From positions 1 through 62,731 of the forward strand of contig JBFYZZ010000078.1 in the NCBI GenBank assembly GCA_041309225.1: a stretch of 62,731 nt of DNA. Direction: 5' to 3'. Of this stretch, positions 38,052 to 48,318 are shown one piece after another. The notes below the pieces were generated by a model. That model was not told the DNA's origin. It saw only the letters and a list, made by a program, of their open reading frames with translations, and searched no databases. This DNA comes from Deltaproteobacteria bacterium (lineage in GTDB: Bacteria > Myxococcota_A > UBA796 > JAFGLY01). The first letter of the stretch is position 1. The number at the start of each line of letters is the position of its first letter. The translations under genes and the position numbers were made by a program.

Positions 38052-38714
38052 GTGCTCCTCCTCCTCGTCCTCCTCGCCGCCGTCCCCAGCCGGGCCCAGG
38101 ACGCATCGGACCCCGAGCGGGACCTGCCGGCCGACGTGGACCTGACCCCCGCCGTACCCCCGGGCTCCCCCCTCCGGACCGAGGTCCGGTTGGGGGGCGC
38201 GCTCGGCGCGGCGATCCCGCTCGGCGGGGTCTCGGGATCCGCGGCCGTCGATCTGGAGGCGGGCCTGAGGATGGCCACCGGCGGCGGCCGCTTCCTGCCC
38301 CTCGCGACGCTGGGCCTGTGGCGGGCCTCCCAGCACGGACGGGAGGAGGTCGAGGGCCTGGAGGCCCCCTGGGCCTGGGAGGTCCACCAGGGGGTGGTGC
38401 GCCTGGGCCTCGGCCTGGACGCGCGGATCCTGCCCGCAGACCAGCAGGTGTCGCCCACGGTCCTGCTGCAGGCCGAGACCGCCGTGTCCCGGGCCACGAT
38501 CGAGGGCGAGGTGGCCGGCGAGCCCACCCCCCGGAGGGCGGCCTGGGACTGGCTCTGGGGCGGCCGCGCAGCGGTGGGGGCCGAGGTGGGAATCGGTACG
38601 GGACACCTCTTCTTCCGCGTGGGTGCCGAGGCGTTGCGCCTTTCCACCCCGCTCACGGGCACCGGCGTCCTGTGGGCGGTCGCCCCCCAGATCGGCTATC
38701 GGGTGACCCCGTGA
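38052..38714 (+). CDS. Small secreted protein, possible outer-membrane beta-barrel
   Basis: Part of ORF 37560..38714. GTG 38052 gives the signal peptide LLLLVLLAAVPSRAQ|D. Alternating hydrophobic pattern with Gly/Ala-rich strands. No terminal aromatic residue, so the barrel call is weak. Confidence 0.5.
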   Translation: MLLLLVLLAAVPSRAQDASDPERDLPADVDLTPAVPPGSPLRTEVRLGGALGAAIPLGGVSGSAAVDLEAGLRMATGGGRFLPLATLGLWRASQHGREEVEGLEAPWAWEVHQGVVRLGLGLDARILPADQQVSPTVLLQAETAVSRATIEGEVAGEPTPRRAAWDWLWGGRAAVGAEVGIGTGHLFFRVGAEALRLSTPLTGTGVLWAVAPQIGYRVTP

Positions 38715-40264
38715 AACCCGCCTTCTTCCTTTTTTCCCTCCTTGCCGCCGGGTGTCCCGACTACGGGTTCCAGGGCGAGGAGCCGTTCGCGTCGGAGGGG
38801 GCTCCCGCGATCGAGGTCGAGCCCCGCACCCTCGACTTCTGGCAGGTCCGCGCGGGCGAGGAGCAGCGTCTCACCTTCACGGTGCGCAACGTCGGTGAGT
38901 CCGCGGTCGACGTGGACGAGCTCGTCGTGGACAGCCCCACGGGGGCGTTCTCGCTCGTCGATGGCGGTGCGGGGTTCCTCCTCGAGGCCGGCGAGTGGCG
39001 CGACATGGAGGTGTCCTTCCTGCCCGCCGTGCCCTCGAGCGACACGGGCACCGTCACGGTCGTGTCCACCGACGAGGACGAACCCGCCATCCCGGTGGCC
39101 CTGCTGGGCGAAGGACGCATGCCATGGCTGCAGATCACCCCCGAGGATTGGGATTTCGGCGTGGTGCCCATCGGCTGTCCCGCCGCGCTCGTCCTCACCC
39201 TGCAGAACGTCGGCAACGACGACCTCCGGATCGGCGGGTTCACCTACACGGGCGACCCGAGCCTGGCCGTCCTCGAGACGTCGTTGGCGACCGAGATCCT
39301 GGGGCCCGGAGGGTGGGCGCTCCTCAACGTCGCCTTCGACCCGGTCGCCGAGGGCCTCGCGACCGGCGTCCTCACCGTCGCGAGCGACGATCCCCGCGGG
39401 GATCGCACGGCCACGCAGGCGGGCGAGGGGGCCGAGGCCGACCGGGTGACCGACCGCTTCGACGTCCCCGACGATCCACCCGTGGACGTGCTCTTCGCCG
39501 TGGACCAGTCCCTGTCCATGGGCGACGACGCGGCGAGCCTGGGCGCGAACTTCGGAACCTTCCTCCCCGCGCTCCAGGCCGAGACCACGGCCTGGCACGT
39601 GGGCGTCGCCACGCTCGACAGCGGCTGCTTCAACGGCGGTCCCCTCACCTGTGCGACCCCGGGTGTGGAGATGGTGTTCGAGGAGGCGGTCCAGTACGGG
39701 GAGGACGAGGAGATCCTCAACGACGAGGCGCTCTTCCGGATCGTGGACCGCGCCATCTCGGCTTTCGAGGACGGCCGCTGTAACGCCGGCTTCCGGCGCG
39801 AGGAGGCGTTGCTGCACGTGATCGTCGTGTCCGACGAGCCCGAGCGCTCCACCGAGGAGGCCGCGGCCTGGACCTGGGCGTTCTGGCTGGACCGCTGGCT
39901 CGCCGCCGTCGCGGCGCCCGAGCGCTTCCGGATCTCCGGGATCCTCGACACCGACGGCTGCAACGAGGGCGCCGAGGGCTACCTCGAGGCCATCGCGGCC
40001 ACCGGCGGGATCGCCTTGTCCATTTGCGCCGGCGACTGGGCCGAGGACATGGCCGCCCTCGCCGACGCCACCCTGCACGGGCTCTACGCCTTCCCGCTCT
40101 CCCGGACGCCCGTGGCCGACACCCTGGAGGTGCGGGTGGACGGGGCCCCCTTCGCCGGCTGGACCTACGACGAAACGACCAACGAGGTCGTCGTCGACGC
40201 CCTCGGCGGTGGATTGCTCGTGGAGATCTCCTACGTCGCGGCCGAAGAGTGCGGCGACGCGTGA
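38711..40264 (+). CDS. Lipoprotein with two choice-of-anchor-D-like Ig domains and a VWA-like (DxSxS) domain
   Basis: Part of ORF 37694..40264. GTGA overlap with the previous gene. VKPAFFLFSLLAAGC is a lipobox. LDFWQVRAGEEQRLTFTVRNVGESAV and WDFGVVPIGCPAALVLTLQNVGNDDL. MIDAS-like VLFAVDQSLSM. Confidence 0.7.
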   Translation: MKPAFFLFSLLAAGCPDYGFQGEEPFASEGAPAIEVEPRTLDFWQVRAGEEQRLTFTVRNVGESAVDVDELVVDSPTGAFSLVDGGAGFLLEAGEWRDMEVSFLPAVPSSDTGTVTVVSTDEDEPAIPVALLGEGRMPWLQITPEDWDFGVVPIGCPAALVLTLQNVGNDDLRIGGFTYTGDPSLAVLETSLATEILGPGGWALLNVAFDPVAEGLATGVLTVASDDPRGDRTATQAGEGAEADRVTDRFDVPDDPPVDVLFAVDQSLSMGDDAASLGANFGTFLPALQAETTAWHVGVATLDSGCFNGGPLTCATPGVEMVFEEAVQYGEDEEILNDEALFRIVDRAISAFEDGRCNAGFRREEALLHVIVVSDEPERSTEEAAAWTWAFWLDRWLAAVAAPERFRISGILDTDGCNEGAEGYLEAIAATGGIALSICAGDWAEDMAALADATLHGLYAFPLSRTPVADTLEVRVDGAPFAGWTYDETTNEVVVDALGGGLLVEISYVAAEECGDA

Positions 40265-40288
40265 GCGGGGGGCCGATGCGGGGGGCGG

Positions 40289-41086
40289 TCAGCGGCACGT
40301 GCCGGTGTGAATGTCCTGGAGCTGGACGAAGCCCGCCAGGGTGACCGCGAAGCAGATCGCGAGGAAGAGCCCCACCGGCAGCCCCGCGCGGGCCACGGGG
40401 TGCCACGGGCGCCCCTTCAGCAGGACGGCGGTGCTCCAGGCCACGCCGTAGAGGAGCCCGACCACGAGCAGGTACTCCAGGCCGAAGAACGAGAACGGCA
40501 TGTGGTTGATCTGGTTGAGGCTGAAGAACGCGAGCGGGTGCTCCCAGAAGGGCCACTTGCAGCAGAGCACCTTGGACGCGAGGAAGATCCCCCACGACGC
40601 CCAGATCCACGGCCCGCCCGCGCGCACGTCCGGATCCTCGCGCGCGAGCAGGAACGCGCCCACCGCGATGCCGGAGACGTGCACGAGGTCGTAGGCCCAC
40701 TGGAGCGGGTAGGCGTGGTCGTGCAGGGGGATCACCGTGCTCGCCAGGGAGGACACCGTGAGCGGGAGGAGCGCGATGCTCCCCTGCCGGAACGAGCGGA
40801 CCCCGAGGAGGAGCCCCAGCGCGCCGAGCAGGAGCTGGATGTCGCACAGGTACAGCAGGTTGTGGAGGTTCGAGAGCGAGTGGTAGACCACCGTCCCGTC
40901 GGCCAGGTCCCACCGCATGTCGAGCAGGTCGAGGTCGAAGTGCTGGTTCGGACCCGCGAAGCCGCACTCGCGCCACTCGTAGAGCCAGCCGTCCCAGGAG
41001 AGGTAGAACGTGGCGATCGCCACGTAGATCCCGAGACCCGCCAGGCCCACGCGTCGCGCCAGGGGATCGGAGGTCGAGCGTGGCAC
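40289..41086 (-). CDS. Integral membrane protein of unknown function (about 7-8 TM)
   Basis: ORF 40289..41086(-). Coding-like composition rich in aromatic residues, with multiple hydrophobic spans. No family recognised. Confidence 0.65.
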   Translation of the reverse strand: MPRSTSDPLARRVGLAGLGIYVAIATFYLSWDGWLYEWRECGFAGPNQHFDLDLLDMRWDLADGTVVYHSLSNLHNLLYLCDIQLLLGALGLLLGVRSFRQGSIALLPLTVSSLASTVIPLHDHAYPLQWAYDLVHVSGIAVGAFLLAREDPDVRAGGPWIWASWGIFLASKVLCCKWPFWEHPLAFFSLNQINHMPFSFFGLEYLLVVGLLYGVAWSTAVLLKGRPWHPVARAGLPVGLFLAICFAVTLAGFVQLQDIHTGTCR

Positions 41087-41413
41087 GGGGGTCCTCGGGC
41101 GATCGACGGGCGCGTATCACGGGCCGGCGCGCCGTGGGCCCCCCCGATCCGGCCGATGAAGCGGTGCTCAGCGACTTTGGCCCGTGCAGGCGTATCTTCC
41201 CCGCACACACTCGCGCGCGCGTGGGGGGATGCTATGTACCGACCCCGCGAGGGCAGCCGTCCGGCGGACCACGCGGACCCCGTCCTGCCAGCGAGGTACC
41301 CCCGCACCACCCCCTCCGACGATGCGCGACCCGGCCCCGTCGGGCCGCGTGTCCGGCGGGTACAGGAGGACGCCTTGGAGCCCCTTCTCCCGGCGATTCG
41401 CATCGAGATCGGA

Positions 41414-41956
41414 ATGAAACCGGACTTCCTCGAGGAGATCTTCGAGGTGCCCGGGGGCGAGAAGATCAAGGAGTGCATCCAGTGCGGGACCTGCAGCGGG
41501 TCCTGCCCGGCGAGCCCGTTCATGGATCACGCGCCCCGGAGGATCATCGCGATGATCCGCGCGGGCATGCGGGACGACGTGCTCTCCTCGAACACGATCT
41601 GGATGTGCGCTTCCTGCTACCTCTGCCAGGTCCGCTGTCCAGCCGGGATCAAGATCACGGACATCATGTACGGCCTGAAGCGGATCGCGGTCCGCGAGGG
41701 CAAGGGCCAGCCCTCCTCGTCCGAGATGGCGAGGATCTTCGTGGACAACATCAACCGCTTCGGCCGGAACGACGAGCGGCTGCTGATCTTCCGGTACTAC
41801 CTCAAGACCGCCCCGACGATGTTCCTGTCCTACGCCCCCCTCGGGATCGCGATGATCACCCACGGCCTCATGTCGTTCGGGCTGCCCGAGCGGATCCGCG
41901 GCATCGACCAGCTGAAGGCGATCATCCGAAAGGTCGAGGAGGAAGGTGTCGTATGA
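41414..41956 (+). CDS. hdrC: Heterodisulfide reductase subunit C-like
   Basis: Part of ORF 40307..41956. Motifs CIQCGTCSGSCP and CASCYLCQVRCP. 180 aa. Confidence 0.85.
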   Translation: MKPDFLEEIFEVPGGEKIKECIQCGTCSGSCPASPFMDHAPRRIIAMIRAGMRDDVLSSNTIWMCASCYLCQVRCPAGIKITDIMYGLKRIAVREGKGQPSSSEMARIFVDNINRFGRNDERLLIFRYYLKTAPTMFLSYAPLGIAMITHGLMSFGLPERIRGIDQLKAIIRKVEEEGVV

Positions 41957-42819
41957 GAACGTACGCGTACTTCCCCGGCTGCTCGCTGAAAGCCACGGCG
42001 ACCCCCTACGAGACCTCGCTCCTCGACGTGGCCGGAGCGCTCGACGTCGAGTTCCGGGAGCTCGACGACTGGAACTGCTGCGGCGCCACCGCCTACTTCT
42101 CGATCCGCGAGACGCTCTCCCACGCCATCTCGGCCCGCAACCTCGCGATCGCCGAGAAGGGGGGGCTCGACCTGGTGGCGCCCTGCAGCGCCTGCTACCT
42201 CGGCCTCTCCAAGACGAACCACTACCTGCAGGAGTTCCCGGAGCTCAAGCGCCGGGTGGACGGGGCCCTCGCCGCGGGAGGGCTCGCCTACGGCGGCTCC
42301 GTTCGCGTCCGCCACGCCCTCGAGGTCTTCGTCCAGGACGTGGGCATCGACGCCATCGAGGATCGCGTCAGGAAGCCGCTCGATGACCTCAAGGTCGCGG
42401 GCTACGCGGGCTGCCAGATGGTGCGGCCCTACGGCTTCGACGACGCCGAGGTCCCGGTGGTGCTCGACCGGCTCACCGCCGCGCTCGGGGGGACCCCCGT
42501 CGACTTCCCGCTCGCCTCCCGCTGCTGCGGGGGCGCCCAGGTCATGACCAACCAGCCCGTCGCCCTGGCCATGTGCCGCGAGCTCCTCGCCTGCGCCGAG
42601 GGTCGCAAGGCCGACGTGATCGTCACCACCTGCCCCCTGTGCCACATGAACCTCGACCTCTTCCAGGGCAAGGTGAACGCCGCCTTCGGCACGTCGTTCC
42701 ACATCCCGGTCGTCTTCTTCACTCAGCTGATGGCCCTGGCCTTCGGGCTCCAGCGCACCGGCATCGACAAGAACATCGTCCCGGCGAGCCCCACGCTCGT
42801 TGGCCTGATGGCGGGGTAG
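41953..42819 (+). CDS. hdrB: Heterodisulfide reductase subunit B-like (two CCG domains)
   Basis: Part of ORF 41080..42819. ATGA overlap with hdrC. Motifs YFPGCSL, WNCCGA, APCSACY, RCCGGA and TTCPLCHMN. Confidence 0.85.
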   Translation: MRTYAYFPGCSLKATATPYETSLLDVAGALDVEFRELDDWNCCGATAYFSIRETLSHAISARNLAIAEKGGLDLVAPCSACYLGLSKTNHYLQEFPELKRRVDGALAAGGLAYGGSVRVRHALEVFVQDVGIDAIEDRVRKPLDDLKVAGYAGCQMVRPYGFDDAEVPVVLDRLTAALGGTPVDFPLASRCCGGAQVMTNQPVALAMCRELLACAEGRKADVIVTTCPLCHMNLDLFQGKVNAAFGTSFHIPVVFFTQLMALAFGLQRTGIDKNIVPASPTLVGLMAG

Positions 42820-42823
42820 TCCC

Positions 42824-44818
42824 ATGCCCAGGATCGGCGTCTTCGTCTGCCACTGCGGTTCCAACATCGGCTCGGTGGTCCACGTCCCCGAGGTGGTCCA
42901 GTTCGCCTCCGGGCTCCCGGGCGTCGTCCACGCGGCGGAGCACAAGTACATGTGCTCGGATCCCGGCCAGGAGATGATCCGCCAGGCGATCCGCGAGCAC
43001 GGGCTCGAGCGGGTGGTCGTGGCGTCCTGCTCCCCGCTCATGCACGAGGCCACGTTCCGCAAGACCTGCGAGGAAGCCGGCCTGAACGGGTTCCTCTTCC
43101 AGATGGCCAACATCCGGGAGCAGGTCTCCTGGGTCACCGAGGACAAGGCCAGGGCCACCAAGAAGGCCATGGCCGTGGTCCAGGCGGCCGTCCACCGGGT
43201 CGTCGGACACGTCCCGCTCCAGGTCGGCACGGTACCGGTCACCCCGGCCACCCTCGTCATCGGGGGCGGAGTCGCGGGCATCGAGGCGGCCCTCCAGGTG
43301 GCCTCGTCCGGCACCCGGGTGCACCTGGTCGAGCGCGAGCCGTCCATCGGCGGCCACATGGCCAGGTTCGACAAGACCTTCCCCACCCTCGACTGTGCCG
43401 CCTGCATCCTCACCCCCAAGATGGTGCAGGCCAACACGCACCCGATGATCACGGTCCACGCCTGGTCCGAGGTCGTGGAGGTCTCGGGCTTCGTGGGCAG
43501 CTTCAAGGTCCGGATCCACCACAAGGCCACCTACGTGGATCACCAGAAGTGCACGGGGTGTGGGGCCTGCCTCCAGAAGTGCCCCCAGCGCAAGATCCCC
43601 TCCGAGTTCGACTACGGCATGATGAACCGGCGGGCCATCTACATCCCCTTCGCCCAGGCCGTCCCCAACAAGCCCATCATCGATCGGGAGCACTGCCAGT
43701 GGTTCCAGGCCGGCAAGTGCCGGATCTGCGAGAAGGTCTGCGAGGCGAAGGCCATCGACTACGACCAGGATCCGGCCGGCTGGACGGAGGAGGTCGAGGT
43801 CGGCAACATCATCGTCGCCAGCGGCATGAAGGTCATGCAGCCGACCGACATGAAGCACCTGGGCTACGGCCGCCTCCCCGACGTCTACACGGGCATCGAG
43901 TTCGAGCGGCTCTGCCACGCCTCGGGGCCGACCGAGGGCCACATCGTCTGCAAGACCGGCGGCGTGGTCAAGGCCGGGGGCCGGCCTCCCAAGGCCATCG
44001 CCCTGGTCCACTGCATCGGGAGCCGCGATCAGCAGCACCACGCCTACTGCTCCCGGGTGTGCTGCATGTACGCGCTCAAGTACGCGCACCTCGTCAAGGA
44101 GCACGTCCCGGGCTGCGAGGTCTACGACTTCTACATCGACATGCGCTGCTTCGGGAAGGGCTACGAGGAGTTCTACAACCGGCTCCTGCGGGAGGACGTG
44201 CGCTTCGTCCGCGGGAAGGTGGCCGAGGTCACCGACGCGGCCCTCTACCCGGGCGAGGACGGCCGCATGGTGGTCCGCGTGGAGGACACGCTCGTCGGCG
44301 CCGTCCGTCGCATCCCCGTGGACATGGTCGTGCTCTGCTCGGCGCTCGAGCCCGCCGAGGGCGCCAAGGCCCTCGCCCAGACCCTCCACATGGGCTGCTC
44401 CTCGGACGGCTTCTACCTCGAGCGCCACCCCAAGCTGGCCCCGGTCTCCACCGCGTCCGCGGGCATCTTCGTGGCCGGCTGCTGCCAGGGCCCGAAGGAC
44501 ATCCCCGACTCGGTCGCCCAGGGCGCCGCCGCGGCGGCCCAGGCCCTGGCCATGATCATGAAGGGCCAGGTGGAGGTCGAGCCCACCACGGCCCACGTGA
44601 TCGACGACCTCTGCTCGGGCTGCCAGATCTGCATCCCGCTGTGCCCCTACGAGGCCATCCACCGCGACGAGGCCAGGCGCAAGGCCTACGTGGAGCCCGC
44701 GCTCTGCAAGGGTTGCGGCACCTGCGTGGGCGCCTGCCCCTCCGGCGCGCTCCAGCAGTGGGGCTTCGACGACACCCAGATCCTCGCCGAGCTCGAGGGC
44801 ATCCTCGCGGCCCGATAG
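42824..44818 (+). CDS. hdrA: Heterodisulfide reductase subunit A (Cys form, complete domain set)
   Basis: ORF 42824..44818. Motifs VCHCGSNIG / YMCSDPG / [22 protein letters not shown] and FPTLDCAACILTPKMV. Ferredoxin motifs CTGCGACLQKCP, CRICEKVC, CSGCQICIPLCP and CKGCGTCVGACP. Confidence 0.9.
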   Translation: MPRIGVFVCHCGSNIGSVVHVPEVVQFASGLPGVVHAAEHKYMCSDPGQEMIRQAIREHGLERVVVASCSPLMHEATFRKTCEEAGLNGFLFQMANIREQVSWVTEDKARATKKAMAVVQAAVHRVVGHVPLQVGTVPVTPATLVIGGGVAGIEAALQVASSGTRVHLVEREPSIGGHMARFDKTFPTLDCAACILTPKMVQANTHPMITVHAWSEVVEVSGFVGSFKVRIHHKATYVDHQKCTGCGACLQKCPQRKIPSEFDYGMMNRRAIYIPFAQAVPNKPIIDREHCQWFQAGKCRICEKVCEAKAIDYDQDPAGWTEEVEVGNIIVASGMKVMQPTDMKHLGYGRLPDVYTGIEFERLCHASGPTEGHIVCKTGGVVKAGGRPPKAIALVHCIGSRDQQHHAYCSRVCCMYALKYAHLVKEHVPGCEVYDFYIDMRCFGKGYEEFYNRLLREDVRFVRGKVAEVTDAALYPGEDGRMVVRVEDTLVGAVRRIPVDMVVLCSALEPAEGAKALAQTLHMGCSSDGFYLERHPKLAPVSTASAGIFVAGCCQGPKDIPDSVAQGAAAAAQALAMIMKGQVEVEPTTAHVIDDLCSGCQICIPLCPYEAIHRDEARRKAYVEPALCKGCGTCVGACPSGALQQWGFDDTQILAELEGILAAR

Positions 44819-44826
44819 GAGCGACC

Positions 44827-45279
44827 ATGTCCGACTTCGAACCCCGCATCGTGGCGTTCCTGTGCAGCTGGTGCTCCTACACGGGGGCCGACCTCGCGGG
44901 CACCAGCCGCAAGAAGTACAGGAGCAACATCATCCCCATCCGGGTGATGTGTTCGGGGCGCGTCGATCCCGAGTGGATCCTCAAGGCCTTCCGCGACGGC
45001 GCCGACGGCGTCCTCGTGTGCGGCTGCCACCCCGGCGACTGCCACTACATCAACGGCAACCACAAGACGCTCGGGCGGTACCCGGTCGTGCGGCGGATGC
45101 TCGCCCAGTTCGGCATCCACCCCGACCGCTACCGCCTGGAGTGGGTGTCCGCCGCCGAGGGTGACCGCTACGCGAAGGTGGTGGACGCCATGATCGACAC
45201 CGTCCGGGCGCTGGGGCCGCTCCGCTGGAAGGACCGGCTCGCCGCCGCCACCGACACGCTCGCGGACGCGAGGAGCTGA
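44827..45279 (+). CDS. mvhD: MvhD-like [2Fe-2S] subunit
   Basis: Part of ORF 42952..45279. Motifs LCSWCSYTGADLAG, VMCSGR, VCGCHPGDCHY and LEWVSAAEG. Confidence 0.85.
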   Translation: MSDFEPRIVAFLCSWCSYTGADLAGTSRKKYRSNIIPIRVMCSGRVDPEWILKAFRDGADGVLVCGCHPGDCHYINGNHKTLGRYPVVRRMLAQFGIHPDRYRLEWVSAAEGDRYAKVVDAMIDTVRALGPLRWKDRLAAATDTLADARS

Positions 45280-45281
45280 CC

Positions 45282-46244
45282 ATGGCCGAGAAGCTGCGCC
45301 TGGGCCTCTACTGGGCCGCCTCCTGCGGTGGCTGCGAGATCGCGGTGCTGGAGATCGGGGACCGGATCCTGGATCTCATCCAGGTGGCCGACATCGTGTT
45401 CTGGCCGTGCGTGATGGACTTCAAGTACGACGACGTGCGCGCCATGCCCGACGGCCACATCGACGTGGTGCTGTTCAACGGCGCGATCCGGAACTCCGAG
45501 AACGAATCCATCGCCCGCCTCCTCCGGCAGAAGTGCAAGGTGCTGGTGGCCTTCGGCTCCTGTGCGGTCGAGGGCGGCATCCCCGCGCTGGCCAACCTGT
45601 ACGCGCTCCAGTCCCTCATGGCCCGGGCCTTCACCGAGTCCGAGTCCACCGTCAATCCCGCGGGCACGGTCCCCGCCCCGGGCCACCACGTGCCCGAGGG
45701 GGAGATCGAGCTCCCGGTGATCTACCGGACGGTCCGGCGCCTTCAGGACGTCGTGCCGGTCGACTACTTCATGCCCGGCTGCCCGCCCACGGAGAAGCAG
45801 ATCTGGGCCGTGCTCCAGGCCATCGTGGCCGGCGTCCTCCCGCCCGTGGGATCCCACGTCGGTTGTGGCGATCGCAGCGTGTGCGACGAGTGCAAGCGCG
45901 AGAAGCGGCAGGTCCGGATCGAGCGCTTCCACCGTCCCCACGAGATCGTGCCCGAGGAGGGCTGGTGCCTCCTCGAGCAGGGCATCGTCTGCATGGGCAG
46001 CGCGACCCGGAGCGGTTGCGAGGCCCGCTGCCTCGATGCCAACCAGCCCTGCCGGGGCTGCTATGGCCCGGCGGGCCGAAGCATGGACCAGGGGGCGGCC
46101 ACGCTGTCCGCCGTGGGCTCGATGATCGCTGCCGACTCCATCGAGAAGGCGGAGCAGATCCTCCGGGACTTCGTGGATCCGGCCGGGACGGTCTACCGCT
46201 TCGGCATGTCGAACTCCCTCCTCGTCCGCAGGCTGGACGAGTAG
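45282..46244 (+). CDS. mvhG: [NiFe] hydrogenase small subunit (Mvh/group-3c-like)
   Basis: ORF 45282..46244. Motifs LYWAASCGGCEIAVLE, AFGSCAVEGGIP and GCPP. C-terminal Cys clusters (CDECKREK, CLLEQGIVCMGSATRSGCEARC, CRGCYGP). Confidence 0.85.
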   Translation: MAEKLRLGLYWAASCGGCEIAVLEIGDRILDLIQVADIVFWPCVMDFKYDDVRAMPDGHIDVVLFNGAIRNSENESIARLLRQKCKVLVAFGSCAVEGGIPALANLYALQSLMARAFTESESTVNPAGTVPAPGHHVPEGEIELPVIYRTVRRLQDVVPVDYFMPGCPPTEKQIWAVLQAIVAGVLPPVGSHVGCGDRSVCDECKREKRQVRIERFHRPHEIVPEEGWCLLEQGIVCMGSATRSGCEARCLDANQPCRGCYGPAGRSMDQGAATLSAVGSMIAADSIEKAEQILRDFVDPAGTVYRFGMSNSLLVRRLDE

Positions 46245-46266
46245 TCCCGACCGAAAGGCCACTTCG

Positions 46267-47733
46267 ATGAAGAAGATCAGCATCGATCCCATCACGCGTC
46301 TCGAGGGACACGGGCGCATCGACCTCTTCCTCGACGACGCCGGCGCGCTGGTCAACGCCTACCTGGTGATCCCGGAGATCCGCGGCTTCGAGAAGTTCGC
46401 GGAGGGGCGACCGGTGGAGGAGATGCCGCGCATCACCTCGCGCATCTGCGGCGTCTGCCCCGAGGCCCACATGATGGCCGCCGCCAAGGCGGGCGACGCG
46501 GTGTACGGGATCACCCTCCCCCCCACGGCCGCCAGGATCCGCGAGATGCAGTACGCGGCCTTCTTCGTGGGCGATCACACCACCCACTTCTACGCCCTGG
46601 GCGCGCCCGACTTCGTGGTGGGACCTGGCGCCCCGGCGGCCGAGCGCAACATCCTGGGCGTCATCGGCAAGGTGGGCGTGGAGAACGGGAAGAAGGTCAT
46701 CCGGATGCGCAAGGAGGCCCACGAGGTGGCCCAGATGCTCGGCGGCAAGCCGGTGCACCCGGTCAACGCGCTCCCCGGCGGCGTGTCCCGGCGGGTCACC
46801 CCCGAGATGCAGGCCCGGCTGGTGGAGATCGGAGAGTACGCGGTCGAGTTCGCCCGGTTCACCCTGGGTGTCGTGCACGACGTGGTGCTGGCCAATCCGG
46901 CCTACGTCGATCTCATCGTGAACGGCCCCTACAACCTGAAGACCTACTCCATGGGCATGGTCGACGACCGGAACCGGACCAACTTCTACGACGGGAAGGT
47001 CCGGATCGTGGGCCCGGACGGGAAGGAGCACGGCAGGTACGCGCCCGCCGAGTACCGGGACTGGGTGGCGGAGCACGTGGAGCCGTGGTCCTACCTCAAG
47101 TTCCCGTACCTCAAGAAAGTCGGCTGGAAGGGCTTCGTGGACGGGCCCGACTCGGGGCTCTACCAGGCCACCCCGCTCTCCCGGCTCAACGTGGCCGACG
47201 GCATGGCCACACCGCTGGCCCAGGCCGAGTACCAGCGATTCTACGAGACCCTCGGCGGCAAGCCGGTCCACCACACGCTGGCCACCCACTGGGCACGCAC
47301 CATCGAGATCATGTACGCCGCCGAGCGGCTGCTGGAGCTGGCCAGGGACCCGGTCATCACCGGCCCCGACCACCGCGTCCTGCCCTCGAAGACCCCCACC
47401 GAGGGCGTGGGCATCGTGGAGGCGCCCCGGGGCACCCTCACGCACCACTACTGGACCGACGAGCGGGGCATCGTCACCAAGGCCAACCTCATCGTGGGCA
47501 CCACCAACAACCACGCGCCCATCTCGCTCGTGGTCCGCAACGCGGCGAAGGGGCTCGTGAAAGCGGGCGAGCCCGTCAGCCCCGCCGTGCTCAACCAGAT
47601 CGAGATGGCCTTCCGCTCGTTCGACCCCTGCTTCGGCTGCGCCACGCACGCCCTCCCAGGCCAGATGCCGCTCGTGATCCGGTTCCGGTCGGCCGCCGAC
47701 GGGTCGGTGCTCGACGAGTACCGGCGCGACTAG
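46267..47733 (+). CDS. mvhA: [NiFe] hydrogenase large subunit (Mvh/group-3c-like)
   Basis: ORF 46267..47733. N-terminal ITRLEGHG and L1 motif [11 protein letters not shown]-terminal L2 motif DPCFGCATH, followed by a cleavable extension. Confidence 0.9.
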   Translation: MKKISIDPITRLEGHGRIDLFLDDAGALVNAYLVIPEIRGFEKFAEGRPVEEMPRITSRICGVCPEAHMMAAAKAGDAVYGITLPPTAARIREMQYAAFFVGDHTTHFYALGAPDFVVGPGAPAAERNILGVIGKVGVENGKKVIRMRKEAHEVAQMLGGKPVHPVNALPGGVSRRVTPEMQARLVEIGEYAVEFARFTLGVVHDVVLANPAYVDLIVNGPYNLKTYSMGMVDDRNRTNFYDGKVRIVGPDGKEHGRYAPAEYRDWVAEHVEPWSYLKFPYLKKVGWKGFVDGPDSGLYQATPLSRLNVADGMATPLAQAEYQRFYETLGGKPVHHTLATHWARTIEIMYAAERLLELARDPVITGPDHRVLPSKTPTEGVGIVEAPRGTLTHHYWTDERGIVTKANLIVGTTNNHAPISLVVRNAAKGLVKAGEPVSPAVLNQIEMAFRSFDPCFGCATHALPGQMPLVIRFRSAADGSVLDEYRRD

Positions 47734-47736
47734 CCC

Positions 47737-48231
47737 GTGCCGGGCGCGGTGATCCTGGGGGTGGGCAATCCCGTGCTCTCGGACGACGCCGTGGGCCTTG
47801 CGGTGGCCGGTCGCGTCCGGGAGATCCTGGGCGACGCGCCCGACGTCGCCGTGCGCGAGTCCGAGCGGGGCGGGCTCGACCTCGTCGAGCTCCTCGAGGG
47901 CGCCGACGTGGCGGTGGTGGTGGACGCCCTCCTCGATCCCGGACACCCGCCCGGGACCGTGCTGCCCCTGGACCTCGAGGAGGTCCGCACCACCACCCAC
48001 CTCCACGGCGCCCACGGCGTGGATCTCCCCACCGCCGTGTCCGTGGGGCGCCGGTTGGGGGTGGCCATGCCCGCCTCGGTCCGGATTGTGGGCGTGGTCG
48101 TGGAGGACGCCCTCACGCTGGGCGAGGGCCTCACGCCCGCCGTGGCCGCTGCGGTGGAGCCCGCGGCCCGCCTCGCCGTGGCGCTGGCCCGCCCCGGCGG
48201 GACCGGATCGACGCGCGCGCCGCGAAGCTGA
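47737..48231 (+). CDS. Hydrogenase maturation endopeptidase (HycI/HybD/FrhD family)
   Basis: ORF 47737..48231 (GTG start). Contains ILGVGNPVLSDDAVG. Sits directly after the large subunit. Confidence 0.8.
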   Translation: MPGAVILGVGNPVLSDDAVGLAVAGRVREILGDAPDVAVRESERGGLDLVELLEGADVAVVVDALLDPGHPPGTVLPLDLEEVRTTTHLHGAHGVDLPTAVSVGRRLGVAMPASVRIVGVVVEDALTLGEGLTPAVAAAVEPAARLAVALARPGGTGSTRAPRS

Positions 48232-48273
48232 TCCCGGACACGCTCCGAACCGGGAGGCGTGCCAAAAGGGAAT

Positions 48274-48318
48274 ACACTGTGTAAGCACCTTGACACAGTG
48301 TGTGCCACTTCTACATGG
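48274..48318 (+). promoter_or_regulatory. Candidate sigma-70-type promoter (TTGACA 48290..48295, TACATG 48312..48317) overlapping a 9-bp inverted repeat ACACTGTGT-N10-ACACAGTGT
   Basis: Lies in a locally AT-richer intergenic island between the protease stop (48231) and the next hdrA-like start (48393). Consensus -35 hexamer with a 16-nt spacer to a weak -10. Palindromic boxes at 48274..48282 and 48293..48301. Confidence 0.35.

Noticed and set aside
41184-41417. 77-aa ORF in the 327-nt leader upstream of hdrC
   Set aside because: It has an Arg/Pro/Thr-rich low-complexity translation, no motif and no ribosome-binding site. The region more likely holds the promoter and 5'-UTR of the hdrCBA-mvh operon. 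I found no convincing promoter or riboswitch-like structure by eye.
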